This document shows, piece after piece, positions 51,907 to 64,000 of a stretch of 64,000 nt of DNA; the stretch's first letter is position 1; each line of letters starts with the position of its first letter. This DNA comes from Antedon mediterranea (lineage: Eukaryota > Animalia > Echinodermata): the NCBI RefSeq assembly GCF_964355755.1, contig NC_092670.1, positions 36,630,388 through 36,694,387 on the forward strand, in the 5' to 3' direction. The position numbers and the translations under genes were made by a program. The notes beneath the pieces were generated by a model. That model made no database searches. It had not been told where the DNA came from and was given only the letters and a program-made list of their open reading frames with translations.

Positions 51907-54900
51907 CTAAAAAAAAACCAGAAAGTTGACCATTTACATTACATTTATTTATTATTATAGAATAAATAAGTTGAACATAATAATAAAATACTACAGAACA
52001 GTATTGAATTGAATTGAAAAATTGAATTGAATTGAAAATTTATATTTATACTGGGTAACCTCTTCAGTCAAAGACTGGTCTCCCAGAGGGCCCAGTTATG
52101 ATCAGTGGCTGTGATGTACTAATACACCGGGGTGACCCCCTACTCGTCTCGAAAGATGTACTAGGTTCTTTAAAGTGCACACGAGCTAGATGTGTACACT
52201 GGACCTACGGTTTATAGTCCTTATCCGAGAAGACTCGTTCTACCAACAGAACCATAGAGTGAATGAGCCTCGAACCCCTGCCGATGTTATGGCTACGTAA
52301 TTACGGTTCCACTGTCTTAACCGCTCGGCCTCTCACTCACTATCAGGTTGGAGACTACCTACCCTAAAGCTACAACAAGTCTTTCCCGCCAGAACCTACC
52401 CAAGGGACATACAGTATAAGCGACCTAAAAGTACTGTTTTTTTTTTTACTAGAAACACCAATACTAGCTACATGATCTGATGGCATACACCTTAAAAAAT
52501 GATGTTGAGTATGGTGCTTGATTTTTAATTTGTGTTTAAGATTTAAATTTTGTTTTTATATATTATTTTTACTGATTATATTATAGTTCACTCATAAGCC
52601 AGAATAAAGATTGTAATGGTTGTCTTTTGATGTTTTTATGTTTTTTAAACTGATTATAATAAATATAATGCTAAAAAAGAATTGGCCGGTTTTGTGTCTG
52701 GCAAGAAGTTGGTTAAATAATAAATAAATTATATACCTAATTTTTCTTCTATTGTGACAAGTTGTTCTTCGGCTTCTTGACATTCACGCATCTGAGTCTT
52801 CACGTCCGAGTCGTTTCGCCTAGCCTCTGCTTCTTTTAACTCAAGTTGCGTTTCTGATCGCTTTGCAACAGCGGCTTTCAGAAAGGTAAGTTTCTCTGAA
52901 ATTGAATTAATCTTACTCTGTTATTTAATGAAAATTATTTTACGGGAAATAATAAAGCTAATCTAATTCCTTTAGGTATATATTAAAAAAAGTGTCTCAA
53001 ATATATTCTTCTTATATTTTTTTGTAGTAACTTCACCTTTTTACTCCAGTAACATTTACCACCAGAATTTACCAAACCAATTGTGTGCTACTGCAGTAAA
53101 AAAGTGAACATACTGCAGCACAATAAATAGAGTCACTTTGACACAGTCCGATAAGATTTAAAAGAAAAATGAATTAGTAGGGATAAAACTAGAACTTACC
53201 AATTTGATTGCATATATTTTGGTACTCCTGTGATACTGGAGCACCAAACACTGCTCCACGCATTCTTTCTAATGGGAGCGCTCTGTTTTGATTACCGCCA
53301 AATTTCCCATTGCTCTGTACTCGACTTCCATCTCTTGTTAATAACGTTGGACAATGCGCATATTTTATCAACTAAAATATCAATTTATGCAATTTTTTGT
53401 TTATGAATGGAAAAAAACAAGTGCAACATTACAAGAATGGAACATATCCAGTGCTAGAATTATGCTAAATTTAAATGTATAATTGAATTTTAAAATTTCT
53501 TGTGAAAGAAGAACTCCATGAAAATTAATCTTTGAAGGGTTTACTGTTTATAAACATTTGAATTAAATAGTATTATATATATTAGACACCTACCTCCATC
53601 CTGTATTTGTTCGCATCGTTTAAACTGTCCAAAACTATTGTGTTACCCAATAACATCAGAAAAACTGAAATAAAATAAATACAACACAAAAAAAAAAAAA
53701 AAAATTAATTAGTAAAGATTACCATATGATTAAAAAACAATAATACAGGGTCCAAATTTATTATTCAGATTTTCTATCTAAAAATCTTGATTTTAATTGG
53801 TGTATTTTTATAGCGATTAGCATTCATTTTTAAGCAATGCAAATCTATAATGTGTAGGTTTTCTAGGCTGGAAGCTTTTTTTTTTATTTCATTATTATTC
53901 CAAAAGGGAGTAACTTGCCAATTACAGAATGGATAAACTATTTAATAATTTATGACGATGCATTATGACTTTAATAGTTCTTTTTAAATTTTAAAGTGTA
54001 CAGTGATACATTCTATCAATTATTGATATACTGAATGAAAGCACTTTACCTAGCTTGCACTCTTCTTCACTGCCTGGAAACTTCAGCAAATGGCGAGCAT
54101 ATATTGGATTACCAGGTGGGTTGTTACTTATCTTAAACTTAACATGTGGGAGTGGCCTAGAAAAACAGAAAATGTAGTAGGTTTAACATAAATTGTTAAA
54201 AAGGTAAAGTAAAGAGTCTTAACAATATACAAAAACATATTATTACCCAGTGTATAAACACAAGCAATCAAATTTGGGCACAATTCCTAATTTTAGTTTG
54301 TAAATGACAAAGAACTCCCTTAAAAAACAGGTTAACTTAATCTCCATGGAACACTACATTAATCTTAATGGAACACTACATTAATCTCCATGAAACACTA
54401 CATTAATCTTCATCGAGCACTACATTAATCTCCATGGAACACTACATTAATCTTCATCAAGCACTACATTAATCTTCATGGAACACTGCATTAATCTTCA
54501 TGGAGCACTACATAAATCTCCATGGAACACTGCATTAATCTCCATGGAACACTACATTAATCTCCATGGAACACTACATTAATCTACATGGAACACTACA
54601 TTAATCTCCATGGAACACTACATTAATCTCCATGGAACACTACATTAATCTACATGGAACACTACATTAATCTCCATGCAACACTACATTAATCTCCATA
54701 GAACATTACATTAATCTACATGGAACACTACATTAATCTCCATGGAACACTACATTAATCTCCATGGAAAACTACATTAATCTACATGGAACACTACATT
54801 AATCTCCATGGAACACTACATTAATCTCCATGGAACACTACATTAATCTCCATGGAACACTACATTAATCTCCATGGAACACTACATTACAAGGCTAAGC

Positions 54901-57900
54901 TAGAGTTTTTTTAGATGTTAGTGTATGCTTACTTGTTCCAATCTGGAAGATTCCTCTTAAAGATTGAATCCAGAGGGAGGACTTGCTGGGACCCGTTTGA
55001 CTTATCATAGATCTCTTTGGCTCGGGTCGTTGTCTTGGTGATGACACAATCCATGTCACCACCAAGGTGCCATGACAGAATACGTGCAATATCATTATCT
55101 TCAACTTCTGCCAGATGTCCGATCTGTGTATTACATTTAGGTTGACGATTATTGGAATGAATGTGTGTATGTTAAAAAATGTTTTTGGCCGCACACTTTC
55201 TTCTCTCTCCCTTACATATTTAGGAAAATTGCCAAGGGTAACCATAAGCCAATTCATTCACTATCCTTAAAGGTGGCAATCCTATTCACAAGACAAACAT
55301 ACACAGATGCTCTGCATAAACAAAGTCTTATTACAACTTTTTGGGATTGGGGTTGTAAATTGTAATTAGAAATAAAAATTCTGACATGACAAGACTTGAA
55401 CCCATAACCCTTGGATTGGTAGCTGTGCATCATAACCACCGAGCCACAACTCAATTCAAAATGATTATGTTATAATGTACTGTACTGTAATGTAATGCTG
55501 GAATTATATATAACAGAAGTTAAACATTTAAAATAGTTCAAACCTTACCTTGCCTATTGTCATGGAATCCCCAATTACCACATTTTCCAATCCACATTTT
55601 CTCCTCGGTTTTTTAAGAAAACTGTCTTTCTTCTTGGTTAAATCGCTTATCAGTCTTGTTATGCTAACGTCCTGAAATTCACAAGATTTTCTAGTAACTT
55701 CTAGTTAAGTAATTTCAGTGAACTATTTTCCTCATATCAGTAGAGGCCCAGGGTATGTTACAATAATACAAAATAAAAATAAAATAAAATGAAAATTACA
55801 TTAGGTTAGTAAAAAAAACGAGGGGCAGATCTTATATCATATATACTATTAAGAATATGTTGTCCTTCCATGATTAAACAAATTCTGGATCCAAATCGGA
55901 AAACATTATAGAATGTTCATTTGAAATAGATTTTTGAAAGTTTAGACTTAATTATTATTAGTCCAAGTCTGGAATCTTACAGATCTAATTTGTTGCGCTG
56001 AAAGACCCATCTTCTGCAACTCTCTTTTTGTTTGCGTCTCCACTTCAACAGCCTCGGCATTAGCATCTACACAAAACACAACAGATTTAAAATATTTATT
56101 GAAATTTACTACATTATGTAGATAAAAATAATAAATAATATTAAATTATAAATAATTTACATTAAATAGTGTCCAATAAAAAAATCACCTGTTTTTAAAT
56201 TGTAAATTTCTAAATCTCTGTCTACACTATCAAACTACAGTAGTTTATCAAAAATGTGTGATGTGCCCAAATATGGTAGTGATATGCTTAAATATGGTAG
56301 TGATATATGGTAGTGATATGACATCATCATGTCCAGTTTCAATTGATGATGTTAACCTAACTATATACAATCTAAATTCTAATAAAGGGTCTGGATCTGA
56401 CGGTATTACTGCTCGTGTCTTAAAATCTGTATCTCCCTTAATCATCCACCAACTTACCCATTGTATAAATTCATCTTTTTTATCTGGCACTTTTCCAACA
56501 CACTTAAAACTAGCTTAAGTTGTGCCCATTTTCAAGAAAGGTGAACGAAGTCAATTATCTAATTACCGGCCAATATCACTACTTTCAGTGTTTTCCAAAA
56601 TTATTGAAAAACTCATGTATTCTAAACTTTCTGATTATCTCACAAAATTTGATATACTTAATAAACGCCAATATGGTTTTCGAAAAAATCACTCTACATC
56701 CCATGCCGTTTTAGATCTTATTAATAATATTACAAATTCATTTGAATCAAAAGAAAATGTATTAAGTTTATTTATTGATCTTTCAAAGGCCTTCGATGTT
56801 ATTAATCACGATAATTTAATTAAAAAACTTGAGTGCTATGGAATTAGAGGTATTTCATTGAATTGGTTTAATAGTTATTTGAAAGATAGAAAACAATATG
56901 TTGCATTAGGATCTTGTACATCGTCGACGATGGATATTACTTGCGGAGTGCCACAGGGATCTGTGCTTGGGCCATTGCTCTTCCTTATTTATGTTAATGA
57001 TCTGGCTAATGTCAGTAACAAATTGCAAGTAATATCCTTCGCCGACGACACCACCTTATTTTACTCCAATTCCAAAATTGATGTATTATTTACTACATTC
57101 AATGATGAATTAACAAAATTTTGTGACTGGTTTATTTCAAACAAATTACTTATTAATACTCTTAAAACAAATTATTTAATTTTTCACAATTCTCAACGTA
57201 AACTAAAAGTTGATGACCTAAATATACTTCTTGGCGGAATTCAAATTGAACGCAAAACTGAAACACTTTTTTTAGGTGTATATATTCATGAAAACCTCAA
57301 ATGGACCAGTCATCAAAATTACGTTTCGAAAAAAATATCAAGATCTATTAGTATTATTAACAGACTTAAGCACTTCTTCCCTCTAAATATTTTAATTTCT
57401 CTTTATAACACACTTGTACTTCCTTATTTCCAGTATTGTAACATTATTTGGGCTGCAGATTACTCTTCTAATATTGCTAGATTAACTAAATTACAAAAAC
57501 GTGCAGCTAGAATTATTACTTTTTCACCATATAGAACCGCATCTGAACCCCTTTTTAAACGTCTTGGTATATTAAAATTAACGGATATCCACAATGTTCA
57601 AGTTGCCAGTTTTATGTTTAATTATTTTAAAAACCAACTTCCTATTTCTATGATTGATATGCTCTGTAAACGTACCAAATTTCACAATTACAATTACAAG
57701 AACTTCTCATTTAAACATTCCTTTTGCTAGACTTACAAAAACTAAATTTTTTATAACTATATCAGGTCCTAATTTGTGGAATCATATCCCACCAAATATC
57801 AAAACGTCAATATCATTATTTACTTTCCGAAAAAAGTTAAAGAATCATTATATATCTAAATATTATACTGCTTAGTTAATATGCTTATTATCATTATTTA

Positions 57901-60900
57901 TACTCACTATTTATGTCTTACACAAAATATTAGTTGTTGTTTATTATTGCAATCTTTAATCTATACTATATATAATGTATATATAGTATATACTATATAT
58001 ATACTGGAATTATAATTTATGTATACATATTTTTTTTTTTTTTCATTTACCAATATCGGTAGTTATTTCATTTATAATTATCATGAAACTATTGAAATAT
58101 AATTTAAATAATTTGTATAAAGAAGATGTTAGTTATGTTATTATACTGTAATTTTTTATCCTAAATTATATAATTATATATTCTAGGTTATTTTTATTTT
58201 TTTAGTAATGTGTTTCGTTATGGGTCCCTACGAGACAAGTTTTTAACTTCTAGAAGGGATCCATGATAATAATGACTACCAATTACTGCTTTATCTATGT
58301 TCACTTTAATATCTTTTTTCTATTTTGTATATATTCATTCATTATTATCTAAATAAATATTATCTGAATCTGAATCTGAATCTGAATATATGGGTGTATC
58401 ACATTTTTGTTGTCACATACAGTTTGATAGTGTAGACAGAGCTTTAGAAAACTTAATAAATCCTGGAGTACAGTCAACTTTTTCAATACTATAGGTGCCC
58501 TGACAAACAGAAACTCATCCAAAACCACCACGTTTTGGCAGGTATTCAATCACCCATATGAATCTTGTACTAAAAAAAAGGAAAAAGTAATCCAAGTTTT
58601 CTCTAATATTATAATGCACTTACTTTTCATCTCTTTTACTAATTGGTCAATAGTATCAAAAAGTTCTTTGTACGCCTTAATGTGTGATATCAGGTCATCA
58701 CGATCTCTGCTAAGTGCTGCCATTCGACTTTGCTTACGAGCATCTAAAAAAGAAAAACAAAGTTGTAGAGCGTACTAACTACATGATACCAACAACTTCT
58801 GAACTTTAAAGATATATTTCTCAAATAGTATTATTAATATTAATTATTAATTATTGTATATGACATTTTAATGCAACTTCAATTTGAAAAAAAAAATGGC
58901 AAGAAAAAATGAAATTTAAAGAAAAAATGAGTTGTCTTTATACAAGTGAAAACATTATTACTTTTTTGTGTTTTTTTTTCTCAACAGAAGTGATCTTTAT
59001 TAAAACTGCAACATGGCCTATTCAAAGTCTGATTTATAATATTCATTTTTCATGTTTTTTTTTTTTTTGGGGGGGGGGGGGAGACAATGCATCTTTAAAT
59101 TATGTTATTTAAAAAAAAAACACAAAACAAATGCCTACCATTATAGAATAAAAAAGGCTGACAAAATGGCTTCACTTTATTGGAGAGTTTAGATGATGTC
59201 ACGGCCATCTTAACAACATATTCTACCCCATCTTTCCCTGGAGTGTTAGCCTCCACTGTTACATTCTAAAAGTGAATAACAAGTTACTTTAAACATACTG
59301 AAGAAAAGGGTTCGTTATTAAAGTTGCGCTGTGCTGTACATAAATAAAATAGATGATGACATTAATTTAAATTAATAAAAAGCTTGGTTGAAAAGGAAAG
59401 ACTTCAACTAGGTCTTGAAAGAGTTTATAGTAGTACACTGATTGAAATTGGTAGGGAATTTGGAGTTGAAGCTGCCACAGCAAAGCTCTACCACCATATG
59501 TAGAATGTCCTAGTCTAGTCTTAGGAACTACTATAGGTATTTATTCAGAAGGCAGCCCAACGGCTGAAAGGTTCTGCAAACAACGTACAAAGTAAAAATT
59601 TAAAAGACTCTAACAACAATATAATATATACAAGTACACAGTAAATCAGATAATTAAAAAGCCGTTAAAATTCTTTAAAAAGCCAAAAGACCCAGATAAA
59701 CCAAAGCAAGTGGTAAATACTAATTCGTTAATTATTATTAATGTTATAAACCTACAAGGTTTTAGTTTTAGAAGCTTCTAGCAGACATTAGCCACCTGAT
59801 CTAAGAGATCTAGTAGGCTGGTAAATATGCACAAGTTTAGATAGGTAGACTGTTGCCAAATTGTGTATATAGTTATATTTAGCAACCTTATGTCAGACAT
59901 GAAATTATGGGTGCGTGTTACTTTCAGAAAACATTTTTAAACCCGGTATTTGGCGATCAAGTTCAATTGGCGTTTTTAAAACCGTATCTAAAATTGGTTC
60001 TTATTATGTAGACATTTCTGTTGGCAAGAAAATACCATTTCTTCAAGATACAGTACACTATTTAAATCTGTATTCTCTTGCTCAATAGAACTGTGGAATA
60101 CTTTTATTTAATTACACATAATGCTAGTACCAGATTTAGTAATCAATTCTGAAAGCTCGCACAGATGCTAGAAAATTTAGAATTTTTATTTAATGGAGCT
60201 CAACTTTGGAATAAATTACCATTAACTATAAAATGTACCTCTTCAAGATTTAAATTCATAAAAGAAGTTAAATGTTTACTATTACAAAAGCATTAATTTT
60301 AGCCCTTACTCTCTATTATATAGTTGTAGTTTCTTCTTATTGAATTATTACCATATTATTGTTGTTAGAATGATCAAATGCTTTTTGACCAATTTATTTT
60401 TGTGACAGGGGTCAAACTAGTGAAAATTATTTTTTGGCTCCTTTTCACATATAGTAGTACTGTATGTACCTTATTATAATATGTAAATAAAGTTGAATGT
60501 GAATGTAATTGGGCCATAATATTCTAACAAAACAAGAGGAAAAAATTGTTTATTTAGGAATGAGTGGTCAAAGAAAGGAATTTTTGTTAAACTATTTATT
60601 TTTTATCTTACTTCAATCAACGCTCTGCCCTTGGTCATGGTAAAAGTCATGTTACTGGCAGATTGATCAAGACATGGCATCTCGCTGTCATCACCCTCAT
60701 CTGTGTCACTCACAGAACTACACACTGTCACAGAAACTTTGCCATTGATGTCCTCACCTGCAGGGTTGTTGAATTCATCCTGAAGGTAAAAGTTACAAAA
60801 AAAAAAGAATTTAATAAATTATGTTCTGAATGCCAAAGCAATCAATTTAGCAGAAATGTACAGGGTCCAGCAATTTTCAGACTTGTCAGATATTTATATT

Positions 60901-63894
60901 TATAATTATTGCTTAATAAAAACACTCAAATATTTAGCGACCAAAAAAAAAAAAGAAGGTGGGCGTGGCACATTTTTAAACAGCTGTAACTTTTGAAGTA
61001 ATGCAAATTTTGAACTGAATTTTTGTGAATTTTCATTAAACCAAAAAAGGTACATGTAATTCAATTTTTAGCAAAATCAGAGATGGTTACTGTCAGCCAC
61101 TGGTTGATTTGGCATGGAATGAACCAAATGTGATGTGATTATAGTGATGAGATCTCAAGTTGCTAAAATCAATTTTGGTAGTTTTGATAACAAATTTCCG
61201 TATTAAATAGAACATTTAGGTATTTTATTACGTATTGCGTGATTTATTCTGCACATTCACACATGTTTCTGAACATGTGCAGTACTGTTTTCTGACTGCA
61301 TGTAGTGACTTGGTACGTCATGAAACATGAAATAAAAAATTGACAATGATGTGTTTTAAAGCTTGTACAACCGAGGAAAACCAGAAAAAGCTGGTCTGTT
61401 TGTTGTGTGGGTCGTTAATTTTCAATCTGCTGGGGGTTTCCCATAAATTAAGGTCAGGTGTATTTTGTATGTATTTTTATAGTATTTATCTTCATTTTCG
61501 TGCATTTTGTAACTGGGCCAAATTTAGTCGTACATGGAAAGTCCATAATACTTACTTACTTAAGATTGGAAGATAATATTGATGATGATAATATTGATGA
61601 TGATAATATTGCTGATGATTCGATAATGATAAGGATGATTCACCAAATTATTATCAAACTGATCCTTACCTGTAAATTCAACTGAAGGCTACTGACAAGA
61701 ACTCGTCTGTCTGCACGAGGACTGTTCGATACGGTGGGTGTTAATTGAGAGGCATTGGTTACTAGCTTTGCAGGCGGGCCTGCAATAACTGTAAACTTCA
61801 ACTAAAACATATCAAAGCAAAAAAACAATTAATGGTTTTAAATATAAAATAGTTAAAATAGTAGCTGTGTGCATTTCTAGCATGTTATTTTAATTGTGGT
61901 CAAGGAAAAATATTGACCGTGGGATTATAACCGAGTCAGTATATAGGCCTTGGGCTTATTACCGAGTAAGTATATAGGCCTGGGCTTATAATCAAGTCAG
62001 TATTTAGGCTTTGGGCTTATAACCAAGTCAGTATATATGCCTTTGGTTTATAACCAAGTCAGTATCGTACAAACCTCTTGTGAGCTGATAACAACATTCT
62101 GGTTGTTGTATTTACTGGAATATTGAAATGTAATTTTACATGGTCCACTAGCTTCTGGTGCTTTTCGATTCCTGTAAAAAATGTAAATAAAAATGTCTCA
62201 GTTTTTCAAAAATATATAATGTTTTTGAAACAACAACGCAACATTGTATTTATTGAAAACTGTTCACCTAAAGTTGAATTGAAAAATAGTGTATATGTAG
62301 ACTTTTTTATAACCGAAGACAGTTGTATCATAAAAAACATAGTAGCCAATTACAGTATATTTACAACACATTATGATATAAATTATTATAAAATGACATT
62401 ATAAAGGGGACAAATTCAGAATTGATATAAGAAAAATCAATTAAGAAAACCATTCAAAATTCATAAACTTTTGAGAGAGTTATGTATTTTCATGCAATCA
62501 GACAATGTATTAAGATGGAAGACATACCTGAAGTATGCAAATCTATTTTCATCTGCCGCCTTCCTAGGATCGCTGCTGTAGCACACGCCACTAAGACACT
62601 GCGCATGACGTATTACCATTGTGAAACTTTTGACGTTTACGTTTTGAAGGTTTCCTTTATCTTCTGTTAACACTGTCACACAGAAATCTATAAAAAAAAG
62701 GAAGTGTAAAATTATTCAAGTGTCAGATACATCTGTACATGCTCAAATCAAGTAGTGAGCAACAAAACATAATTAGTGGGTAAACAACATAACATCTTGC
62801 AATGTATGATATAAATTCTTTAATATTATTCTTAGTTGAGGAAATTTGGATCAGGACCTCTACGAACCCATAAACACAGTGTAATGCCAAAATAAAAACA
62901 CCACAATCATTTTGAATAGAGGATAAAGTTCTTTATTGTACACGAGTACAATATATTTACACAGGATCAAAAGCTTTACGTCCTATCCAAAGGATGAGGC
63001 AATGAGATTAAAGCATTGGCTTAAAATATACAAGATGACACAGAAAGGTGTTGAACCTATGCCTCTCACCTGTTAATTACTTCAATTTCATATTTTCACT
63101 CTTTATATATTGCTCTTTTACTTGACTTGGGTGCTATTACAATGGATTTAAATCAGTCAATACCATACATGCACAACATCTATTTTCCTTACCTGGTAGG
63201 ATTCCGCCTGCTAAAATCTTCTTTTCAGTATATGTTACGTCTAGGCTCACAGGTCTCATTGGATCTGGCAAGACTTTCACAGTGAGTGTTGGACTAACAA
63301 TATTTGTCTTTCCAATCAAAACTTTAACGGACAGCTTGTACGTCCCACTAAAAACATTTTTAAAATCAAAACAAAAAAAATTGAACTGTATGTTTAATAA
63401 TAATTTTTAAATAAACTAATAAATTTGCAACAAAAAGGCAATATTTTAATACTGAAATGTGTATGTTATTTATTTGAATGAAAATGATAATTGTTGTATT
63501 GACTGAAGTCATCAGCTTATAGGTGCGTATATATGAGTATCAATATGACATATGTTGACTTCAGCTCTGTCTAACACTATCAAACTTTATATACAAAAAT
63601 AGGATGTGCTCATATATGGACATGATGATGTCATGTAACTACCATATTTGGGCATATAACTACCATATTTGGGGACATTAAACTTTTTTAATAGTATAGA
63701 CAGAGCTTTAGATGATAAGTTTTGCCTCAAAATAATATGCAAATTTAGGGTGGGACCTAATAACAATCAAAAAACCTGATTTGAGAAAAAAAACCATAAA
63801 AGACTACTTACATGCCCGACATAACTTTGTAATCTCCGAAGTCAATGATTCCATTTTTGTCACAAGCAACATTTGGCTTTGCAGACGAACCCAG
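51710..63894 (-). CDS. SMCHD1: SMCHD1 orthologue, C-terminal ~715 aa (Ig-like linker, coiled coil, SMC hinge); 5' part lies beyond the window
   Basis: 16 exons in transcript order: 63894-63812, 63347-63193, 62687-62528, 62171-62075, 61801-61670, 60779-60612, 59265-59139, 58743-58624, 56066-55981, 55671-55549, 55123-54933, 54156-54050, 53664-53594, 53371-53200, 52895-52737, 51906-51710. Total 2148 nt with all phases consistent. Peptides match remembered human SMCHD1: VLPDPMRPV, PFLFYND, KKPRRKC, IGHLAEVED...SWHLGGDMDCV...QQVLPLDSIF, CPTLLTRDGSRVQSNGKFGG. Confidence 0.95.
52003..52341 (-). mobile_element. Full-length tRNA-derived SINE with a V-SINE-like central domain
   Basis: Minus strand: A box ggccgagcgg, B box ggttcgagg; central gtcttctcggataaggactataaaccgtaggtcc...aaagaacc...ttcgagacgagtaggggg..accccggtg resembles the V domain; LINE-like 3' end and (CAATT)n tail. 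Partial copies at 22770-22920, 30258-30430, 35560-35690 and 39300-39575. Confidence 0.85.
52737..52895 (-). CDS. SMCHD1: SMCHD1 exon, post-hinge coiled coil (...IEKKLG)
   Basis: 159 nt, phase 1-1. Confidence 0.92.
53200..53371 (-). CDS. SMCHD1: SMCHD1 hinge exon with the glycine motif (CPTLLTRDGSRVQSNGKFGG)
   Basis: ORF 53189-53371; G-x6-G-x2-GG motif. Confidence 0.96.
53594..53664 (-). CDS. SMCHD1: SMCHD1 hinge exon (VFLMLLGNTIVLDSLNDANKYRME)
   Basis: 71 nt; SMC hinge LLG-x-T motif. Confidence 0.94.
54050..54156 (-). CDS. SMCHD1: SMCHD1 hinge exon (PLPHV...GNPIYARHLLKFP)
   Basis: 107 nt, phase 2-1. Confidence 0.94.
54339..54888. repeat. 22-bp minisatellite, ~25 copies, in an SMCHD1 intron
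   Basis: Unit aatctccatggaacactacatt. Confidence 0.97.
54933..55123 (-). CDS. SMCHD1: SMCHD1 hinge exon (IGHLAEVED...LPDWN)
   Basis: 191 nt, strong similarity to the hinge. The supplied ORF 54895-55257 is a different frame. Confidence 0.96.
55549..55671 (-). CDS. SMCHD1: SMCHD1 exon (DVSITRL...KKPRRKC...IGK)
   Basis: 123 nt, phase 0-0. Confidence 0.92.
55981..56066 (-). CDS. SMCHD1: SMCHD1 exon (NANAEAVEVE...QQIRS)
   Basis: 86 nt, phase 1-0. Confidence 0.88.
56335..58385 (+). mobile_element. 5'-truncated L2/CR1-group LINE (RT) in an SMCHD1 intron, antisense to the gene
   Basis: NYRPISLL, QYGFR, DLSKAFD, GVPQGSVLGPLLF, FADDT. In-frame stop at 56516-56518 and frameshift near 57690; (ATCTGA)4 tail; no TSD. 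Confidence 0.93.
58624..58743 (-). CDS. SMCHD1: SMCHD1 exon, coiled coil (DARKQSRMAALSRDRDDL...EMK)
   Basis: 120 nt, phase 1-1. Confidence 0.92.
59139..59265 (-). CDS. SMCHD1: SMCHD1 exon (NVTVEANTPGKDGVEY...PFLFYN)
   Basis: 127 nt, phase 0-1. Confidence 0.92.
59370..59900 (-). mobile_element. Decayed L2-like LINE 3' end, interrupted by another element's 3' stub (~59540-59750)
   Basis: The minus strand gives IHNLATVYLSKLVHIYQPTRSLRS and, after the insert, INSFKT*LKSFLF, both typical of L2 ORF2 ends. Confidence 0.6.
60150..60510 (+). mobile_element. Decayed CR1/L2 LINE 3' stub
   Basis: FLFNGAQLWNKLPLTIK...FIKEVK peptide, then aataaa and a short tgaatg repeat tail. Confidence 0.55.
60612..60779 (-). 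CDS. SMCHD1: SMCHD1 exon (DEFNNPAG...KGRALIE)
   Basis: 168 nt, phase 0-0. Confidence 0.9.
61670..61801 (-). CDS. SMCHD1: SMCHD1 exon (LKFTVIAGPPAKLV...TPTVSN...LQLNLQ)
   Basis: 132 nt, phase 0-0, donor gtaagg. Confidence 0.9.
61915..62065. repeat. ~31-bp minisatellite, 4-5 copies
   Basis: Unit gggcttataacc(g/a)agtcagtatataggcctt. Confidence 0.85.
62075..62171 (-). CDS. SMCHD1: SMCHD1 exon (NRKAPEASGPCKITFQY...SSQE)
   Basis: 97 nt, phase 2-0. Confidence 0.88.
62528..62687 (-). CDS. SMCHD1: SMCHD1 exon (DFCVTVLTED...FAYFR)
   Basis: Overlaps ORF 62461-62679; donor gtatgt. Confidence 0.92.
63193..63347 (-). CDS. SMCHD1: SMCHD1 exon (GTYKLSVKV...VLPDPMRPVSLDV...AGGILP)
   Basis: Overlaps ORF 63137-63319; splice sites in phase. 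Confidence 0.92.
63812..63894 (-). CDS. SMCHD1: SMCHD1 exon (LGSSAKPNVACDKNGIIDFGDYKVMSG)
   Basis: ag/gtaagt boundaries, phase 0-2. Confidence 0.85.
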
Positions 63895-64000
63895 CTAGAT
63901 TACGATAAAAAGCATGAAAAAATAAGATAAATGGACATTTTGATAGATTGGATCCCTCCAAATTATAAATGTGAACGAGAATCTTAAAGCTCTGTCTACA

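Noticed and set aside
55390-55455. tRNA gene candidates here and at 42860-42915
   Set aside because: A/B-box-like motifs without a closable cloverleaf; more likely decayed SINE heads.

Overview
AT-rich, intron-rich animal genomic DNA, probably from a marine invertebrate such as an echinoderm (inference from gene content and repeat types). Two convergent spliced genes can be built by hand with consistent GT-AG boundaries and reading phases. (1) A complete Cys-loop anion-channel subunit of glycine-receptor/GluCl type on +, with 10 coding exons over 18930-45804 (about 427 aa). (2) The C-terminal ~715 aa of an SMCHD1 orthologue, including the SMC hinge, on -, with 16 exons over 63894-51710; the gene continues beyond the window. 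The rest is mostly transposon-derived: a 5'-truncated L1/Tx1 LINE, an L2/CR1-group LINE inside a MITE, several LINE 3' stubs, V-domain tRNA-SINEs, many Harbinger-like and Kolobok-like MITEs (often nested), a 3.7-kb TIR element carrying a hierarchical satellite, and mini/microsatellites. The most notable observations are: a ~165-nt intronic RNA fold whose stem deviations are G-U wobbles on the + strand (34012-34176); an unpaired extra Cys in the Cys-loop plus a C-terminal Cys in the channel, suggesting a third disulfide; a 9-bp-TSD TIR element carrying Pol III A/B boxes; the satellite-carrying TIR element; and two back-to-back perfect hairpins. No searches or folding programs were run, so family assignments rest on remembered motifs.
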